DNA of 64,000 nucleotides from an uncultured Verrucomicrobiae bacterium (GTDB lineage Bacteria; Verrucomicrobiota; Verrucomicrobiia; Limisphaerales; UBA11358): the NCBI GenBank assembly GCA_963806905.1, contig CAWEAA010000002.1, positions 310,640 through 374,639 of the forward strand, given 5' to 3'. This document shows, piece by piece, positions 37,390 through 47,898 of the stretch (positions within the stretch are counted from its first letter, which is position 1; each line of letters begins with the position of its first letter). The translations under genes were made by a program, and so were the position numbers. The notes below the pieces were generated by a model. The model was not told the DNA's origin, searched no databases, and worked only from the letters and a program-made list of their open reading frames with translations.

Positions 37390-39960
37390 ATGCAACAAAC
37401 CCGGCGCCAGTTTTCGATGATGGTCCTGCTCTTGAGCACATGGGCGGGAATCCAGCCGGCGGCAGCGCAATACACCTCCAACTATCAAACCAACACCATC
37501 AGCGGTGTGACCAGCTTCTGGCCGGGCGACTACGTCGTAGGCTCAAACACTTTCGCGGACGCATTACTGATTCGGAACGCTGGTGTGCTCACCAATGCCA
37601 ACGGCTATGTGGGTTACCTGCCTGCCAGCAGCAGCAACTACGTCATGGTCACCGGCACGAATTCGGTCTGGAACAGCGGCACCTGGTTGGAATTGGGATA
37701 TGCCGGGCCCGGCAACCGCCTGGTTATCAGCAATGGCGGCTGGGTGGTCGCCGCCGGCGCCAAAGTGGGTGATGCCTCCACGAGCAGCGGCAACAATGCG
37801 CTCATCACCGGCGCAGGTTCGGTCTGGAACAACACAGGAATGTGCACGATCGGCAGCAGTGGCAGCAGTAACAAAGTGACAATCAACAAAGGCGGCCGCC
37901 TGGTTTCCAATTTTGCCGTCCTCGGTTCCTTGAATTCGGCCACCAACAACTCGATCCTGGTTTCGGACAACGGTTCGGTCTGGGATGACTCGGCGACTGC
38001 TTCGGAGATTTCATTCGGCGTGTTCGGCTCGGGCAACAGTCTAATCGTCACCAATGGCGGCCAGGTATTGGGTTACTATGCTTACTTCGGGAGGTTCTCG
38101 TCCGACAACTCCGCGCTGGTGACCGGTCCCGGTTCGGGCTTCTCGGTCAACTGCTACATTTACACCGGCTACCAAGGCAACAACAACTCGTTCACCGTCG
38201 CCAATGGCGCCACGGTGTCGGACAAATTCTGCTACATCAGCTACGTAGCCGGCAGCAGCAACAACGCGGTGTTGGTTGCGGGCACCAACTCCTCCTGGCA
38301 GAACAGTGACAGCGTGTTCGTCGGCTTTGACGGCGTGAACGGAAGCCTGACCATCAGCAATGGCGCGACGATGAGCACCGGCGGAGCGTTTGCAGTGAGT
38401 CACGACGGCGCCCTCGGGTGCGATTCCACCAGCAGCAATAACTTCGCCTTGGTCACGGGCGGCGGCTCTGTTTTGAACTGTGCCGACAACGTGTACGTTG
38501 GTCTGGATGGCCCGGGAAACAGCCTGGTCATCAGCAATGGCGGCCAGGTCATCAACAACACTGGTTATGTGGGATCAAACCCCGGCAGCGACGGCAACAG
38601 CACGCTGGTCGTTGGCGCCCATTCGGTCTGGGCCAACAGTTCCGACATGTATGTCGGATATTTCACCGCGGGCAACAGCCTGGTCATCAGCAGCGGCGGC
38701 CGGGTCATCAACGATTATGGTTTCGTGGGAGAGGTCGCCGGCAGCGACAACAACAGCGTGCTGGTCACCGGCGCCGGTTCCGTCTGGACCAACTACGACG
38801 ACGTGTATGTCGGAGATTCCGGCACGGGCAACAGCCTGGTCGTCAGCAACGGCGGCTGGGTCATCAACGATTATGGTTTCGTGGGGGAGGTCGCCGGCAG
38901 CGACAACAACAGCGTGCTGGTCACCGGCGCCGGTTCCGTCTGGACCAACTATGACGACATGTATGTCGGAGGTTACGGCGCGGGCAACAGCCTGGTCATC
39001 AGCAACGGCGGCCGGGTCAGCGACGACATGGGCGTGATTGGATATGATACGAACAGCTTCAACAATCAGGTGCTGGTCACCGGCGCCGGCTCGGTCTGGA
39101 GCAACACCACCGCGGTGTTTGTCGGGTACTACGGTCCCAGCAACAATCTGGTGATCAGCAACGGCGGCTTGGTGGCCGATGACTGGGGTCTTATTGGCGA
39201 GGCGGATTCGACGAGCAGCGACAATACTGTGTGGGTGGAACCCGGCGGCATCTGGCGCAATCAGCAACTCGCGGTTGGCGACCTCGGCTCGGAGAATACC
39301 TTGTTCGTGGAAGGCGGGTCGGTTTTCGCCACCAACATGGTCGTTGGATACAATTCGCTCTACTGCGACAATCTCGTCCAGTTGGACAGCGGGCAGATCA
39401 CCGTCACCAACCCAACGCACAGCGCCGTGCTGGAAGTATATGACGGCACATTTGTGCTCAACGGCGGCACGCTGCGCGTGGACACGCTGATTGTGACCAA
39501 CGACTGTGCTCAATTCCTGCATATTGGCGGCACGCTGATTTACCGGAGCCTCCAGCTCAACCCGAACCAGAGCGCCGTCGGCGACGGCATTCCGAACTGG
39601 TGGAAGCAGCAATACGGCTTCGACCCGCTTGATCCCACCGTGGCCAGTGCCGATCCCGATCGTGACGGCGCGGACAACCTGCAGGAATATCTGGCCGGCA
39701 CCAACCCGACGAACGCTGCCAGCGTTTTCCACATCATCAGCGCCGCGAAGACGAACTCGAATGTGCGCGTGACCTGGTCAACCGTCGGCGGCCACAGCTA
39801 CGTCTTGCAGACCAACGACGATCTGGGCGCCGGCGCGTTCGCGGACTTCAGCCCCGTCATTTCAGTGGGGGGCACGAACGAAGGGACGACGAATTACCTC
39901 GACCCCGGAGCCGCCACGAATCATTTCAGTCGCTTCTACCGGATACGGCTTGCTCCGTGA
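37390..39960 (+). CDS. Secreted beta-helical repeat protein (T5SS/PEP-CTERM-associated repeats) with C-terminal FYR domain
   Basis: Signal peptide; repeated 52-aa unit VG..G.GNSLVISNGG.V...VLVTGAGSVW; GDGIPNWW, DPDRDGADNLQEYLAGTNP; ends RFYRIRLAP. Confidence 0.85.
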   Translation: MQQTRRQFSMMVLLLSTWAGIQPAAAQYTSNYQTNTISGVTSFWPGDYVVGSNTFADALLIRNAGVLTNANGYVGYLPASSSNYVMVTGTNSVWNSGTWLELGYAGPGNRLVISNGGWVVAAGAKVGDASTSSGNNALITGAGSVWNNTGMCTIGSSGSSNKVTINKGGRLVSNFAVLGSLNSATNNSILVSDNGSVWDDSATASEISFGVFGSGNSLIVTNGGQVLGYYAYFGRFSSDNSALVTGPGSGFSVNCYIYTGYQGNNNSFTVANGATVSDKFCYISYVAGSSNNAVLVAGTNSSWQNSDSVFVGFDGVNGSLTISNGATMSTGGAFAVSHDGALGCDSTSSNNFALVTGGGSVLNCADNVYVGLDGPGNSLVISNGGQVINNTGYVGSNPGSDGNSTLVVGAHSVWANSSDMYVGYFTAGNSLVISSGGRVINDYGFVGEVAGSDNNSVLVTGAGSVWTNYDDVYVGDSGTGNSLVVSNGGWVINDYGFVGEVAGSDNNSVLVTGAGSVWTNYDDMYVGGYGAGNSLVISNGGRVSDDMGVIGYDTNSFNNQVLVTGAGSVWSNTTAVFVGYYGPSNNLVISNGGLVADDWGLIGEADSTSSDNTVWVEPGGIWRNQQLAVGDLGSENTLFVEGGSVFATNMVVGYNSLYCDNLVQLDSGQITVTNPTHSAVLEVYDGTFVLNGGTLRVDTLIVTNDCAQFLHIGGTLIYRSLQLNPNQSAVGDGIPNWWKQQYGFDPLDPTVASADPDRDGADNLQEYLAGTNPTNAASVFHIISAAKTNSNVRVTWSTVGGHSYVLQTNDDLGAGAFADFSPVISVGGTNEGTTNYLDPGAATNHFSRFYRIRLAP
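38515..39135 (+). repeat. 156-bp intragenic tandem repeats
   Basis: GGnAACAGCCTGGTC at 38515, 38671, 38827 and 38983; the two middle units are nearly identical. Confidence 0.85.
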
Positions 39961-40110
39961 CACAGTGGCTTTATTCCTTCCATTGATCGCCCGAATTTCA
40001 CCGGGTGGTTTGACGCTTTCCCGATAATTTGGGCATTGACCAAGCAACACGTTCCAAGTCGCAAAGTTTTCTTCGTGTCCTGGCTTTCTTGTGGTTAAGA
40101 TTTCGGCGGA

Positions 40111-40770
40111 ATGCCATGCGAAACATCTGAAACCAAAACCGCGCGCCTGAAAAAAATCATCGCTGCGCTGGACCAGACCTATCCCGAGGCGCACTGCGAG
40201 TTGAATCACGCCGCACCGCTCGAATTGCTCATCGCCACGATTCTTTCCGCACAATGCACCGACAAACGCGTCAATATCGTCACGAAGGAGTTGTTCAAAA
40301 AATACCGTTCGGCGGCGGATTATGCGAACGCCTCGCTCGCAGAACTTGAGCAAGCCATCAAATCCACCGGCTTTTTCCGCAACAAGGCCAAAAACATTCA
40401 GGCCTGTAGCCGCAGGCTCGTTGAGTGTCACGGCGGCCAAGTGCCGCGCACGATGGAGGAATTGACGCAATTGGATGGCGTCGGACGCAAGACCGCCAAC
40501 GTCGTTCTCGGCAATGCGTTTGGCATCAACGCCGGCGTTGTGGTGGACACACACGTTGCACGATTATCGCATCGGCTCGGATTGACGAAGCAGAAAACGC
40601 CGGAGAAGATTGAGCAGGAATTGATGGCGCTCGTGCCGCAAAAACAATGGACGCTGTTCAGTCACTGGCTCATCTGGCATGGACGACGGCGTTGTTATGC
40701 GCGCAAGCCGGATTGTGACCATTGTGAAATCAGAAAGCTGTGCCCGCAAATCGGGGTGAAAGAAAAATGA
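40111..40770 (+). CDS. nth: Endonuclease III
   Basis: LIATILSAQCTDKRVN, LDGVGRKTANVV, VDTHV, C-terminal CxxxxxxCxxCxxxxxC. Confidence 0.96.
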   Translation: MPCETSETKTARLKKIIAALDQTYPEAHCELNHAAPLELLIATILSAQCTDKRVNIVTKELFKKYRSAADYANASLAELEQAIKSTGFFRNKAKNIQACSRRLVECHGGQVPRTMEELTQLDGVGRKTANVVLGNAFGINAGVVVDTHVARLSHRLGLTKQKTPEKIEQELMALVPQKQWTLFSHWLIWHGRRRCYARKPDCDHCEIRKLCPQIGVKEK

Positions 40771-40896
40771 AAGCCCCAAATTCCAACATCCAAGCTCCAG
40801 AGAAACATCAAGCATCAAGGTCCAAAAACAGCGCGCGCGATTGGTATTTGAAGTTTGGAGCTTCTCTGGATGTTGGAGCTTGGTGCTTGGAGCTTC
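40771..40896. repeat. Inverted-arm heptamer element (CCAAGCT / AGCTTGG type)
   Basis: CCAACATCCAAGCTCCAGAGAAACATCAAGC mirrored by TTGGAGCTTCTCTGGATGTTGGAGCTTGGTGCTTGGAGCTT. Confidence 0.8.
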
Positions 40897-40911
40897 ATAT
40901 CCGTGGTTAAA

Positions 40912-41595
40912 ATGAATCCCTGGCTTTTACTGAACTCCGGTCCCGGCGCACCGGCGTTCAACATGGCGCTGGACGAGGCGCTGCTGGAGGCTGCGTCGCG
41001 ACCGGGCAGACCGGTGCTGCGCTTTTACGGCTGGACCGAACCGGCCGCCACCTTCGGCTATTTTCAAAAATATGCGGACGTTGAACGGGCAACGCCGTTG
41101 CGACCGCTGATTCGCCGTCCAACCGGCGGCGGCATCGTGCCGCACGACGCCGACTGGACCTACAGCCTCGCCTTTCCGCCCGGCCACGAATGGCATTTGC
41201 TCAAGGCCGAGGAGAGCTACCGCCGCGTTCACGAGTGGATCCAATCCGCGTTCGCAAAATTAAAGGTCGCCACCACGCTCGCGCCAAACACTCACAAAAC
41301 CGGTCCCGGGCAATGCTTTGCCGGCTACGAAAAATTCGATGTGCTCTGGAACGGAAAAAAAATCGCCGGTGCGGCGCAACGCCGCAACAAGTTCGGCCTG
41401 CTGATTCAAGGTTCGGTCCAGCCACCCCTGATTCCCCTGGCCCGGACAGATTGGCAAAAGGTTATGTGTGAAGTGGGGCATGCAGAATTGGGGATCGGGT
41501 GGCTCGAATTTGAGCCGGACGACCCGTTGCGGAAACGGGCGGAATATTTGGTCCGACATAAATATTTGCAAATGAAGTTCATAAGAAAACGTTAG
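40912..41595 (+). CDS. Lipoate-protein ligase / octanoyltransferase (LplA/LipM-like)
   Basis: NMALDEALL, LRFYGW, GYFQ, RRPTGGG, KKIAGAAQRR. Confidence 0.87.
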   Translation: MNPWLLLNSGPGAPAFNMALDEALLEAASRPGRPVLRFYGWTEPAATFGYFQKYADVERATPLRPLIRRPTGGGIVPHDADWTYSLAFPPGHEWHLLKAEESYRRVHEWIQSAFAKLKVATTLAPNTHKTGPGQCFAGYEKFDVLWNGKKIAGAAQRRNKFGLLIQGSVQPPLIPLARTDWQKVMCEVGHAELGIGWLEFEPDDPLRKRAEYLVRHKYLQMKFIRKR

Positions 41596-41677
41596 GTATT
41601 TACAATTTTTCGCAAAATGAGATTATTGTACCGAACAGGCAGTCGGGACAGGTTGCGCTGTCTGTTTCAGAGCATTT

Positions 41678-43729
41678 GTGAAAAAAGCTGCATTTTGCAT
41701 CACGACATTTCTTCTTTCCACCATTTTGGCGGGCGCAGCAATTCTTCTGAGTGATTCCTTCAGTTACTCCGACGGCCCATTGGTGACCGTGAGCAGCAAC
41801 TTGTGGGTGCATCATAGCGGTTCGGTTACCGGCGAAGTGGCGGTTGTGTCCGGCCGGGTGTTGCTGAATGAAGCCAAAACCGAAGATGTCAATGCGCTCC
41901 TGGCGGGCCAGCCCTACCCTTCTTCCGGCTCAACCAATGTGTTCTACGCAAGTTTCACGGTGAAATTCACCTCCCTTCCGAATGGGGGCGGCACTTACTT
42001 CGCGCATTTCAAAAATTCGTCCAGTGGTTATCGGGCGCGCATCTGGGCGTTGCCTGGCGGAGCGGCGCCGAACAAGTTCCGGCTGGGAATTTCTTCCACC
42101 AGCAGCTCGGATATCAGCGCCACAAATTCCACGGATTTGAGTCTCAACACGGATTACATCGTCGTGACCCGCCTGGTAAACAGCAACTCGAGCACCCTTT
42201 GGATTAATCCGGCGGCGGAGAGCGATCCGGGCATTTCAACCAGTGACAGTCCATCGGCGTTTACCGTGGTCAGCTATGCCTTGCGAGAGAGCACCGGTGA
42301 AGGAGCTTTGAGCATTGACAATTTGCGGGTTGGCACCTCCTTTGCCGATGTGGTCACCGGTGGGTTGGGACAGCCGCCGGCCATCACATCCCAATCGCAA
42401 AATCAGACCGTGACGAACGGCGCGAGCGTCACTTTCAGCATAAGCGCCAGCGGCACACCGCCGCTCAGTTATCAATGGCAGTTCACCCCGACATCGGATG
42501 TCGGTGTTCAAGGCACGAATCTTCCCGGAGCGACGAGCCCCAATCTCACGCTGACAGGCGTTACCTTCGCCCAGGCCGGCTTTTATGCTGCCGTTGTCAC
42601 CAACGCCGTCGGTTCGACCATCAGCGACCCCGTCGTCTTGAGCGTCTGGTGCGCTTCAACTCCGGCGTTTTCATATCTCACGTACAATGTGCACGGCAAC
42701 GGCCTGACCAATTGGAGCACGAACATGTGGCATGTGCAGGCCATCGGCCGGCAAATGCAATACCTCGATCCTGACATCATCACCTTTAACGAAATCCCGG
42801 TCACCAACAATTGCACGGCGCAGATGGCGGATTTTGCCACGGCCTTCCGCCCGGGCTATTACCTCGTCACCAACTCCGCGGACGACGGGTTCATTCACAG
42901 CGTCATCCTCAGCCGTTATCCCATCGTCTCCTCGACCAGTTGGCTGCACGGCTCCGACCTCACGCCTTACGGTTACAGCGGGTCGGGTTTCACCCGCGAT
43001 TTGTTCGAAGCGCAAATTTCCGTGCCTGGTCTTTCGCAGCCACTGCACGTGTTCACGGCGCATTTGAAATCGGGACAGGACACCGATTCGGCGGCGAAAC
43101 GGACGGCGGAGGCGGGAGCCGTTTCCAATTTTTTCGCCACGGTCTATTTGCCAGCCAATGACGGGCAACCTTACGTGTTGAGCGGCGACATGAATGAAGA
43201 CATTGTCCGCCCGCCGGCGAGTAATCCACAGTCTATCCAGCGCCTGGTCGGCGCGCCGACCGGGTTGCACCTGGCCACCGCCGTCAATCCTTTCACCGGC
43301 AGCGAACTGACCTGGTCCATCCAGGACACCAACGGTCTGACCAGGCGCTATGATTACATCCTGCCATGCGCGATGCTGTCGTCGAACATTGTCAGCAGCC
43401 GGATTTTTCGCACGGATTTGCTGACTCCTGTGCCGCCCGACTTGTACAGCAACGACGACAAAACCGCGTCGGACCATCTGCCCCTGCTCATGATTTTTGG
43501 CAATCCGTTCAACGTGCCGTTTCGTTTGCTCACCATCGGCGTGACAAACCAGATCATTTCGTTGAAATGGGAATCCGCCAGCAACCGCTTCTACGATGTC
43601 GAAGTTTCAGCCGATCTTGTCACTTGGACGCCACTCGCCACAAACATTCCGGCCACAACGACCAATCTTGCCTTTGCCACGAACGTCACGGGCAGCGTGA
43701 AATTCTTCCGCGTCCATCGCGCGCCGTGA
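41678..43729 (+). CDS. Secreted Ig-domain + endonuclease/exonuclease/phosphatase (EEP) protein
   Basis: Signal peptide; Ig domain PPLSYQW; LTYNV, FNEI, HLKS, GDMNE, DYIL, SDHLP; ends FFRVHRAP. Confidence 0.87.
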   Translation: MKKAAFCITTFLLSTILAGAAILLSDSFSYSDGPLVTVSSNLWVHHSGSVTGEVAVVSGRVLLNEAKTEDVNALLAGQPYPSSGSTNVFYASFTVKFTSLPNGGGTYFAHFKNSSSGYRARIWALPGGAAPNKFRLGISSTSSSDISATNSTDLSLNTDYIVVTRLVNSNSSTLWINPAAESDPGISTSDSPSAFTVVSYALRESTGEGALSIDNLRVGTSFADVVTGGLGQPPAITSQSQNQTVTNGASVTFSISASGTPPLSYQWQFTPTSDVGVQGTNLPGATSPNLTLTGVTFAQAGFYAAVVTNAVGSTISDPVVLSVWCASTPAFSYLTYNVHGNGLTNWSTNMWHVQAIGRQMQYLDPDIITFNEIPVTNNCTAQMADFATAFRPGYYLVTNSADDGFIHSVILSRYPIVSSTSWLHGSDLTPYGYSGSGFTRDLFEAQISVPGLSQPLHVFTAHLKSGQDTDSAAKRTAEAGAVSNFFATVYLPANDGQPYVLSGDMNEDIVRPPASNPQSIQRLVGAPTGLHLATAVNPFTGSELTWSIQDTNGLTRRYDYILPCAMLSSNIVSSRIFRTDLLTPVPPDLYSNDDKTASDHLPLLMIFGNPFNVPFRLLTIGVTNQIISLKWESASNRFYDVEVSADLVTWTPLATNIPATTTNLAFATNVTGSVKFFRVHRAP

Positions 43730-43737
43730 ATGCGGTT

Positions 43738-44421
43738 TCAGGGGCACCAGACCAGCTCCGGATTGTTGGTTATTCCCTTGCCCGTGCTGAAGTTCCAATA
43801 CTCGGTGTTCCGAAAACGCGCAACATGGCCGTCGAGAAAAACAAACTGCGCGCCTTTGTTGTGCAGGTTGGTGTGAACAAAATTCGCTTCACCGACAGCG
43901 GGTAGATTTTTGCTATCGAACAAATACACGACGCATGACGAATCCCGGACGGAGGCGAGCCTTATGGGAAAATCACCTGTGCCAGAGCCATCGATGAATT
44001 CATTCAGGCAGTAATGGAACAAATTGTTTGTCTTGCTGCTGGCATTACAACGACGGGGATTGGAAGGGCAGATCCAAAGCGAATCCCCCGGATCAACCGA
44101 AGGGTTCGTGCGCCACGGCATTTCAGCGTAACGCGACAAGTTCATTTGCGCTGGCAGCTGGATGTACCAGGCTTGATATGTTGGATTGGCCAGATCTGTT
44201 TCCAGCGGGGTGGGTTTGCCTTCCGGCGGCAGGAAATCGTCATGATCCGCCGCGAAGAGATGCAATGCTGAACCCCACTGCCGGAGATTGTTCCGACACC
44301 CGGCGGCTTGTGCGGTGGCTTTGGCACGGTGGAGTGCGGACAGCAACAGGGCGGCAAGAATCGCGATGATGGTAATGGCCACCAGCAATTCAATCAGCGT
44401 GAATGCACGCGCCGCTTTCAT
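43738..44421 (-). CDS. Prepilin-type N-methylation / H-X9-DG (DUF1559-like) protein
   Basis: [22 protein letters not shown]; [14 protein letters not shown]. Confidence 0.88.
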   Translation of the reverse strand: MKAARAFTLIELLVAITIIAILAALLLSALHRAKATAQAAGCRNNLRQWGSALHLFAADHDDFLPPEGKPTPLETDLANPTYQAWYIQLPAQMNLSRYAEMPWRTNPSVDPGDSLWICPSNPRRCNASSKTNNLFHYCLNEFIDGSGTGDFPIRLASVRDSSCVVYLFDSKNLPAVGEANFVHTNLHNKGAQFVFLDGHVARFRNTEYWNFSTGKGITNNPELVWCP

Positions 44422-44608
44422 CAAATCTGCCGATTTTGAAACCCGGACGAGTTAACACTCTGGCCGGCCGATTGGCAAAATTTTTCTTAATCAAGCAAAT
44501 AGCTGTTTTAGAGCGACTTACACGCAGCCGGCTGGGCTGGGCACCCGACGATCGGACGCCGGTGTGACTTTTGCTCGCCGGAACCCCTGCGTCTTGATAT
44601 TTTCCAAC

Positions 44609-45292
44609 ATGGTTCGGCTGGTTCTATTCGACGTTGACGGCACGCTCGTTCACACGGGGCGCGCCGGAACCCAGGCCTTTGCCAAAACCTTTGCCACCGA
44701 GTTCAACGCGCCCAACGGCGTCGAAAAAATCAGTTTCGCCGGCCGCACCGACGTGAACCTCGTCCGCGAATTTTTCGGTTTCCACGCTATTCCAGCCTCG
44801 CCGGAAAATTTCGCGCGATTCTTCGAGCGCTATGTTTTCTGGCTCGACCAGATGGTCGCGCAAAGCCACGGCGGTCCCTGTGCCGGTGTGCCGGAATTTC
44901 TCGACGGTTTGCAGACGCTGTCCCGCCCGCCGTTGCTCGGCCTGCTCACCGGCAACATCCGTCTCGGCGCGGAAATCAAATTGCGCCGGTACCAGCTCTG
45001 GGACGTTTTTGCGACCGGCGCGTTTGCCGATGACAGCGAGGACCGCAATCAAATCGCCGTTGCCGCGCTCAAACGCGGCCGCCGCGTGCTCGGAAAGGAT
45101 TTGCAACCGGACGAAATCCTCGTGGTCGGCGACACGCCGTTTGACATCCGCTGCGGAAAATTCATCGGCGCAAAAGTTCTGGCCGTGGCCACCGGCGACG
45201 CGACGCTGGAAGAACTAAAGCGACATCAACCGGATTGGGCGGTCGGGGATTTGACCCGCGTGACAGCGCGGGAAGTTTGCGGAAAATTCTGA
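44609..45292 (+). CDS. HAD-superfamily hydrolase
   Basis: LFDVDGTL, LLTGN, VVGDTPFD. Confidence 0.9.
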   Translation: MVRLVLFDVDGTLVHTGRAGTQAFAKTFATEFNAPNGVEKISFAGRTDVNLVREFFGFHAIPASPENFARFFERYVFWLDQMVAQSHGGPCAGVPEFLDGLQTLSRPPLLGLLTGNIRLGAEIKLRRYQLWDVFATGAFADDSEDRNQIAVAALKRGRRVLGKDLQPDEILVVGDTPFDIRCGKFIGAKVLAVATGDATLEELKRHQPDWAVGDLTRVTAREVCGKF

Positions 45293-45296
45293 TGCG

Positions 45297-45426
45297 CCCT
45301 CACCCCGGCCCTCTCCCATCCGATGGGCGAGGGAGAATTATAGTCAGTCGGTTGGCGAATCGGAAATCGTAGGAGCTTTCGGGCGACGTCCCTCTCCCGT
45401 CCGACGGGAGAGGGCCAGGGTGAGGG
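45297..45426. repeat. Inverted pair of CCCTCACCCCGGCCCTCTCCC-type repeats
   Basis: CCCTCACCCCGGCCCTCTCCCATCCGATGGGCGAGGG ... CCCTCTCCCGTCCGACGGGAGAGGGCCAGGGTGAGGG. Confidence 0.8.
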
Positions 45427-45431
45427 AAATT

Positions 45432-45650
45432 TCAATGTCCGTGACAATGGCCGCCGCAGCAGCCGCCACCGCCGCCGTTTCCGGACGGCGCATCGCTGCC
45501 GCCGGCGTTGGCCGAAGCGAAGACGGACAATTTCTTGGCCAGTTTCGCCGAGCCGCAATGCGGGCAGGTTGTGCCCTTCCAATCCGTCGAGCGAACCAGG
45601 ATTTCGCTGTCGCGTTCGCACTTTTCGCAATGGAATTCGTAAATCGGCAT
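45432..45650 (-). CDS. FmdB-family zinc-ribbon protein
   Basis: MPIYEFHCEKC...CPHCGS.KL.KKLSVF; Cys/His-rich tail. Confidence 0.88.
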   Translation of the reverse strand: MPIYEFHCEKCERDSEILVRSTDWKGTTCPHCGSAKLAKKLSVFASANAGGSDAPSGNGGGGGCCGGHCHGH

Positions 45651-45680
45651 GGGGGAAAGATAATCAACGCGATTAGAATC

Positions 45681-46487
45681 TCAAGGCGCGAGTTTTTCAC
45701 GATGCGGCAGATGATCGCGGTTCCAGCGGACCAAAGCCGCGTCGTTGGTGTCTTCAAAAAGAAATTTCAGCGTCGGTGATTCGACGTGGCCATCGCAAAA
45801 AACCACATTGGCTCTTCCTTGGTGCCGCGCATACCCGCTTTTGGTGCTTCCCTTGTAGAATGCCCACAATTGTCCATCGCCCGGCCGCCACAGATATTCC
45901 TGCCCATCCCGAATTACTCCACCGCCGCCAATGAAACCGTCGCCGATTGCCATCATGTCACTTGGGTCAACCACTTCTGACTCAGCAACGGGAGGAGCGG
46001 TTGACCAAAACTTGGCAGGAGCGGACCGCTGCGGAACTCCTTTGTGACCGCCCAAACCAAGCGAATCGGGAGAGTTGGTTCTACTCATACCAAAGCTATT
46101 ATATCCGTAATCGACATAAGGCCAGTCGCCAGAATAATTGGATGGAGGATGAGCAGAAGGACAATGCCACACACCCTTATTCCACCATTCGGGCGTTCCG
46201 AGAACTCCAAATTCACTTCCCATCGCACCCATCCAACTGTAATGATGAGCAGGGTAATTGCCGGGTCCATCCCAATCCAGTGGGTAAACATGATTCTCCG
46301 AGACAAAATTGTGCAATCCAATTCCAAATTGGTGCACATTATTGACGCATTGAATTCGCGAGGCTCTTCCTTTGGCTTGAGAAATTGCTGTCAGCAAAAG
46401 CGCCGCCAGAATTCCGATGATGGCGATGACAACCAGAAGCTCAATCAGCGTGAGCGCAGAATTTTTGTTCTGGCGCAGGCTGTTCAT
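45681..46487 (-). CDS. Prepilin-type / H-X9-DG protein
   Basis: [15 protein letters not shown]; [14 protein letters not shown]. Confidence 0.88.
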   Translation of the reverse strand: MNSLRQNKNSALTLIELLVVIAIIGILAALLLTAISQAKGRASRIQCVNNVHQFGIGLHNFVSENHVYPLDWDGPGNYPAHHYSWMGAMGSEFGVLGTPEWWNKGVWHCPSAHPPSNYSGDWPYVDYGYNSFGMSRTNSPDSLGLGGHKGVPQRSAPAKFWSTAPPVAESEVVDPSDMMAIGDGFIGGGGVIRDGQEYLWRPGDGQLWAFYKGSTKSGYARHQGRANVVFCDGHVESPTLKFLFEDTNDAALVRWNRDHLPHREKLAP

Positions 46488-47239
46488 GGTATGAGTTTTT
46501 CACGATGCGGCAGATGGTCGCGGTTCCAGCGAACCAAAGCCGCATTGTTGGTGTCGGCCAAAAGAAATTTCAGTGTTGGCGATTCAACATGGTCATCGCA
46601 AAAGACCGCGTTGACTTTTCCTTGATGCCGTAAATATGCATTTCCCGAGCTGGCCTCTTTAACGTCGCGCCAAAATAGAATTCCGCCATTGAGTACGTCA
46701 CCAATTGCCATCATGTCGCTCGGAACCGCCACTTCCGATTCATAGACCGGCGGGGCCAACGTTTGCGCGAACATTCCTGCTTTATGTCCGCCCAGGCCAA
46801 GTGACACGGGGTTTCCAATTACGTCCAGGCCATAGGCGTTGTAGCCGTAGGACATATAGACCGAATTCGTGGGGAAGTTGGATGGGCGTTGAGCCGCCGG
46901 GCAATGCCACACGCCCGTTTCAAAAAAACTTTTGCCGGGTTGGGAGGCAATTTTTTCATGCTCCAGGGCGTCAACCCAAGTTCCATAATGCTCCGGATAG
47001 CCGCCTTTATGGAAATCCACATTTACAAACAAAGGATAAACATGGTTATCCACGACGAATTCCTGCAAAGCGAGTCCCAGTTGCCGCACGTTGCTGGCGC
47101 ACTGGATGCGTTGTGCCGGTCCCTTGCCCCGGGCAACGGCCACAAGCAAAAGCGCGGCCAAAATTCCAATAATGGCGGTGAGCGTCAGAAGTTCGATCAA
47201 GGTGAACGCTGAACTCGCGTTTCCGCGTCTCGAAGACAT
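46484..47239 (-). CDS. Prepilin-type / H-X9-DG-like protein, tandem paralog
   Basis: SAFTLIELL; [14 protein letters not shown]; C-terminus shared with its neighbour. Confidence 0.86.
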   Translation of the reverse strand: MSSRRGNASSAFTLIELLTLTAIIGILAALLLVAVARGKGPAQRIQCASNVRQLGLALQEFVVDNHVYPLFVNVDFHKGGYPEHYGTWVDALEHEKIASQPGKSFFETGVWHCPAAQRPSNFPTNSVYMSYGYNAYGLDVIGNPVSLGLGGHKAGMFAQTLAPPVYESEVAVPSDMMAIGDVLNGGILFWRDVKEASSGNAYLRHQGKVNAVFCDDHVESPTLKFLLADTNNAALVRWNRDHLPHREKLIP

Positions 47240-47297
47240 ATCCAACAATACCCGCTTTCGCCTTTTCTTTCAACGGCCAACAATTAACCTTCCGCGC

Positions 47298-47864
47298 ATG
47301 ACTCTCTTGCAACGGGCGATTGAAGATTCCGTCACGACGCTGCGCGCACTGGCTGTTTTTGAAGAACCGTTGAACCGCGCGGCGCAGATGGTCCTGCGCT
47401 GTCTGACTTCCGGCCACAAGCTGCTCGTCTGCGGCAACGGCGGCAGCGCCTCGGACGCCACACATCTGGCCACGGAATTTCTTTGCCGCTTCGTCGCCGA
47501 CCGCCGGCCTTACCCGGCCATTTCGCTCACGGCCAACGGCGAACTCATGACCGCCATCTGCAACGATTACACCTTTGACGAGGTTTTCTCCCGGCAGGTC
47601 CGGGGCTTGGGTGAAAAAGGCGACGTGCTCATCGCGTTCTCGACCAGCGGCAAATCAAAAAATGTCCTGCGCGCCCTTGAAGAAGCCAAACACAAAAGCA
47701 TTGAAAGCATTTGCTTCCTCGGTCGCGATGGCGGGTTTACCAAAGGCGTGGCGACGCTCGACTTGCTCGTGCCGGGAACCGTGACGACGCGCATCCAGGA
47801 AGGTCAAAAATTGCTCTTCCACGTGCTCTGCGAGATGGTCGAGGAAAAATTGCCCAAGTCCTGA
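47298..47864 (+). CDS. gmhA: Phosphoheptose isomerase (SIS domain)
   Basis: CGNGGSASDATH, NDY.FDEVFSRQV, FSTSGKSKNV, RIQE. Confidence 0.9.
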   Translation: MTLLQRAIEDSVTTLRALAVFEEPLNRAAQMVLRCLTSGHKLLVCGNGGSASDATHLATEFLCRFVADRRPYPAISLTANGELMTAICNDYTFDEVFSRQVRGLGEKGDVLIAFSTSGKSKNVLRALEEAKHKSIESICFLGRDGGFTKGVATLDLLVPGTVTTRIQEGQKLLFHVLCEMVEEKLPKS

Positions 47865-47898
47865 AAAACACCGGCTCAATCTTAATAGCCGGTGTGAT

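Noticed and set aside
44505-44514. GTTTTAGAGC, identical to the start of a type II-A CRISPR repeat, with AAATAGC nearby
   Set aside because: Single 10-mer, no repeat-spacer periodicity and no cas gene; chance match.
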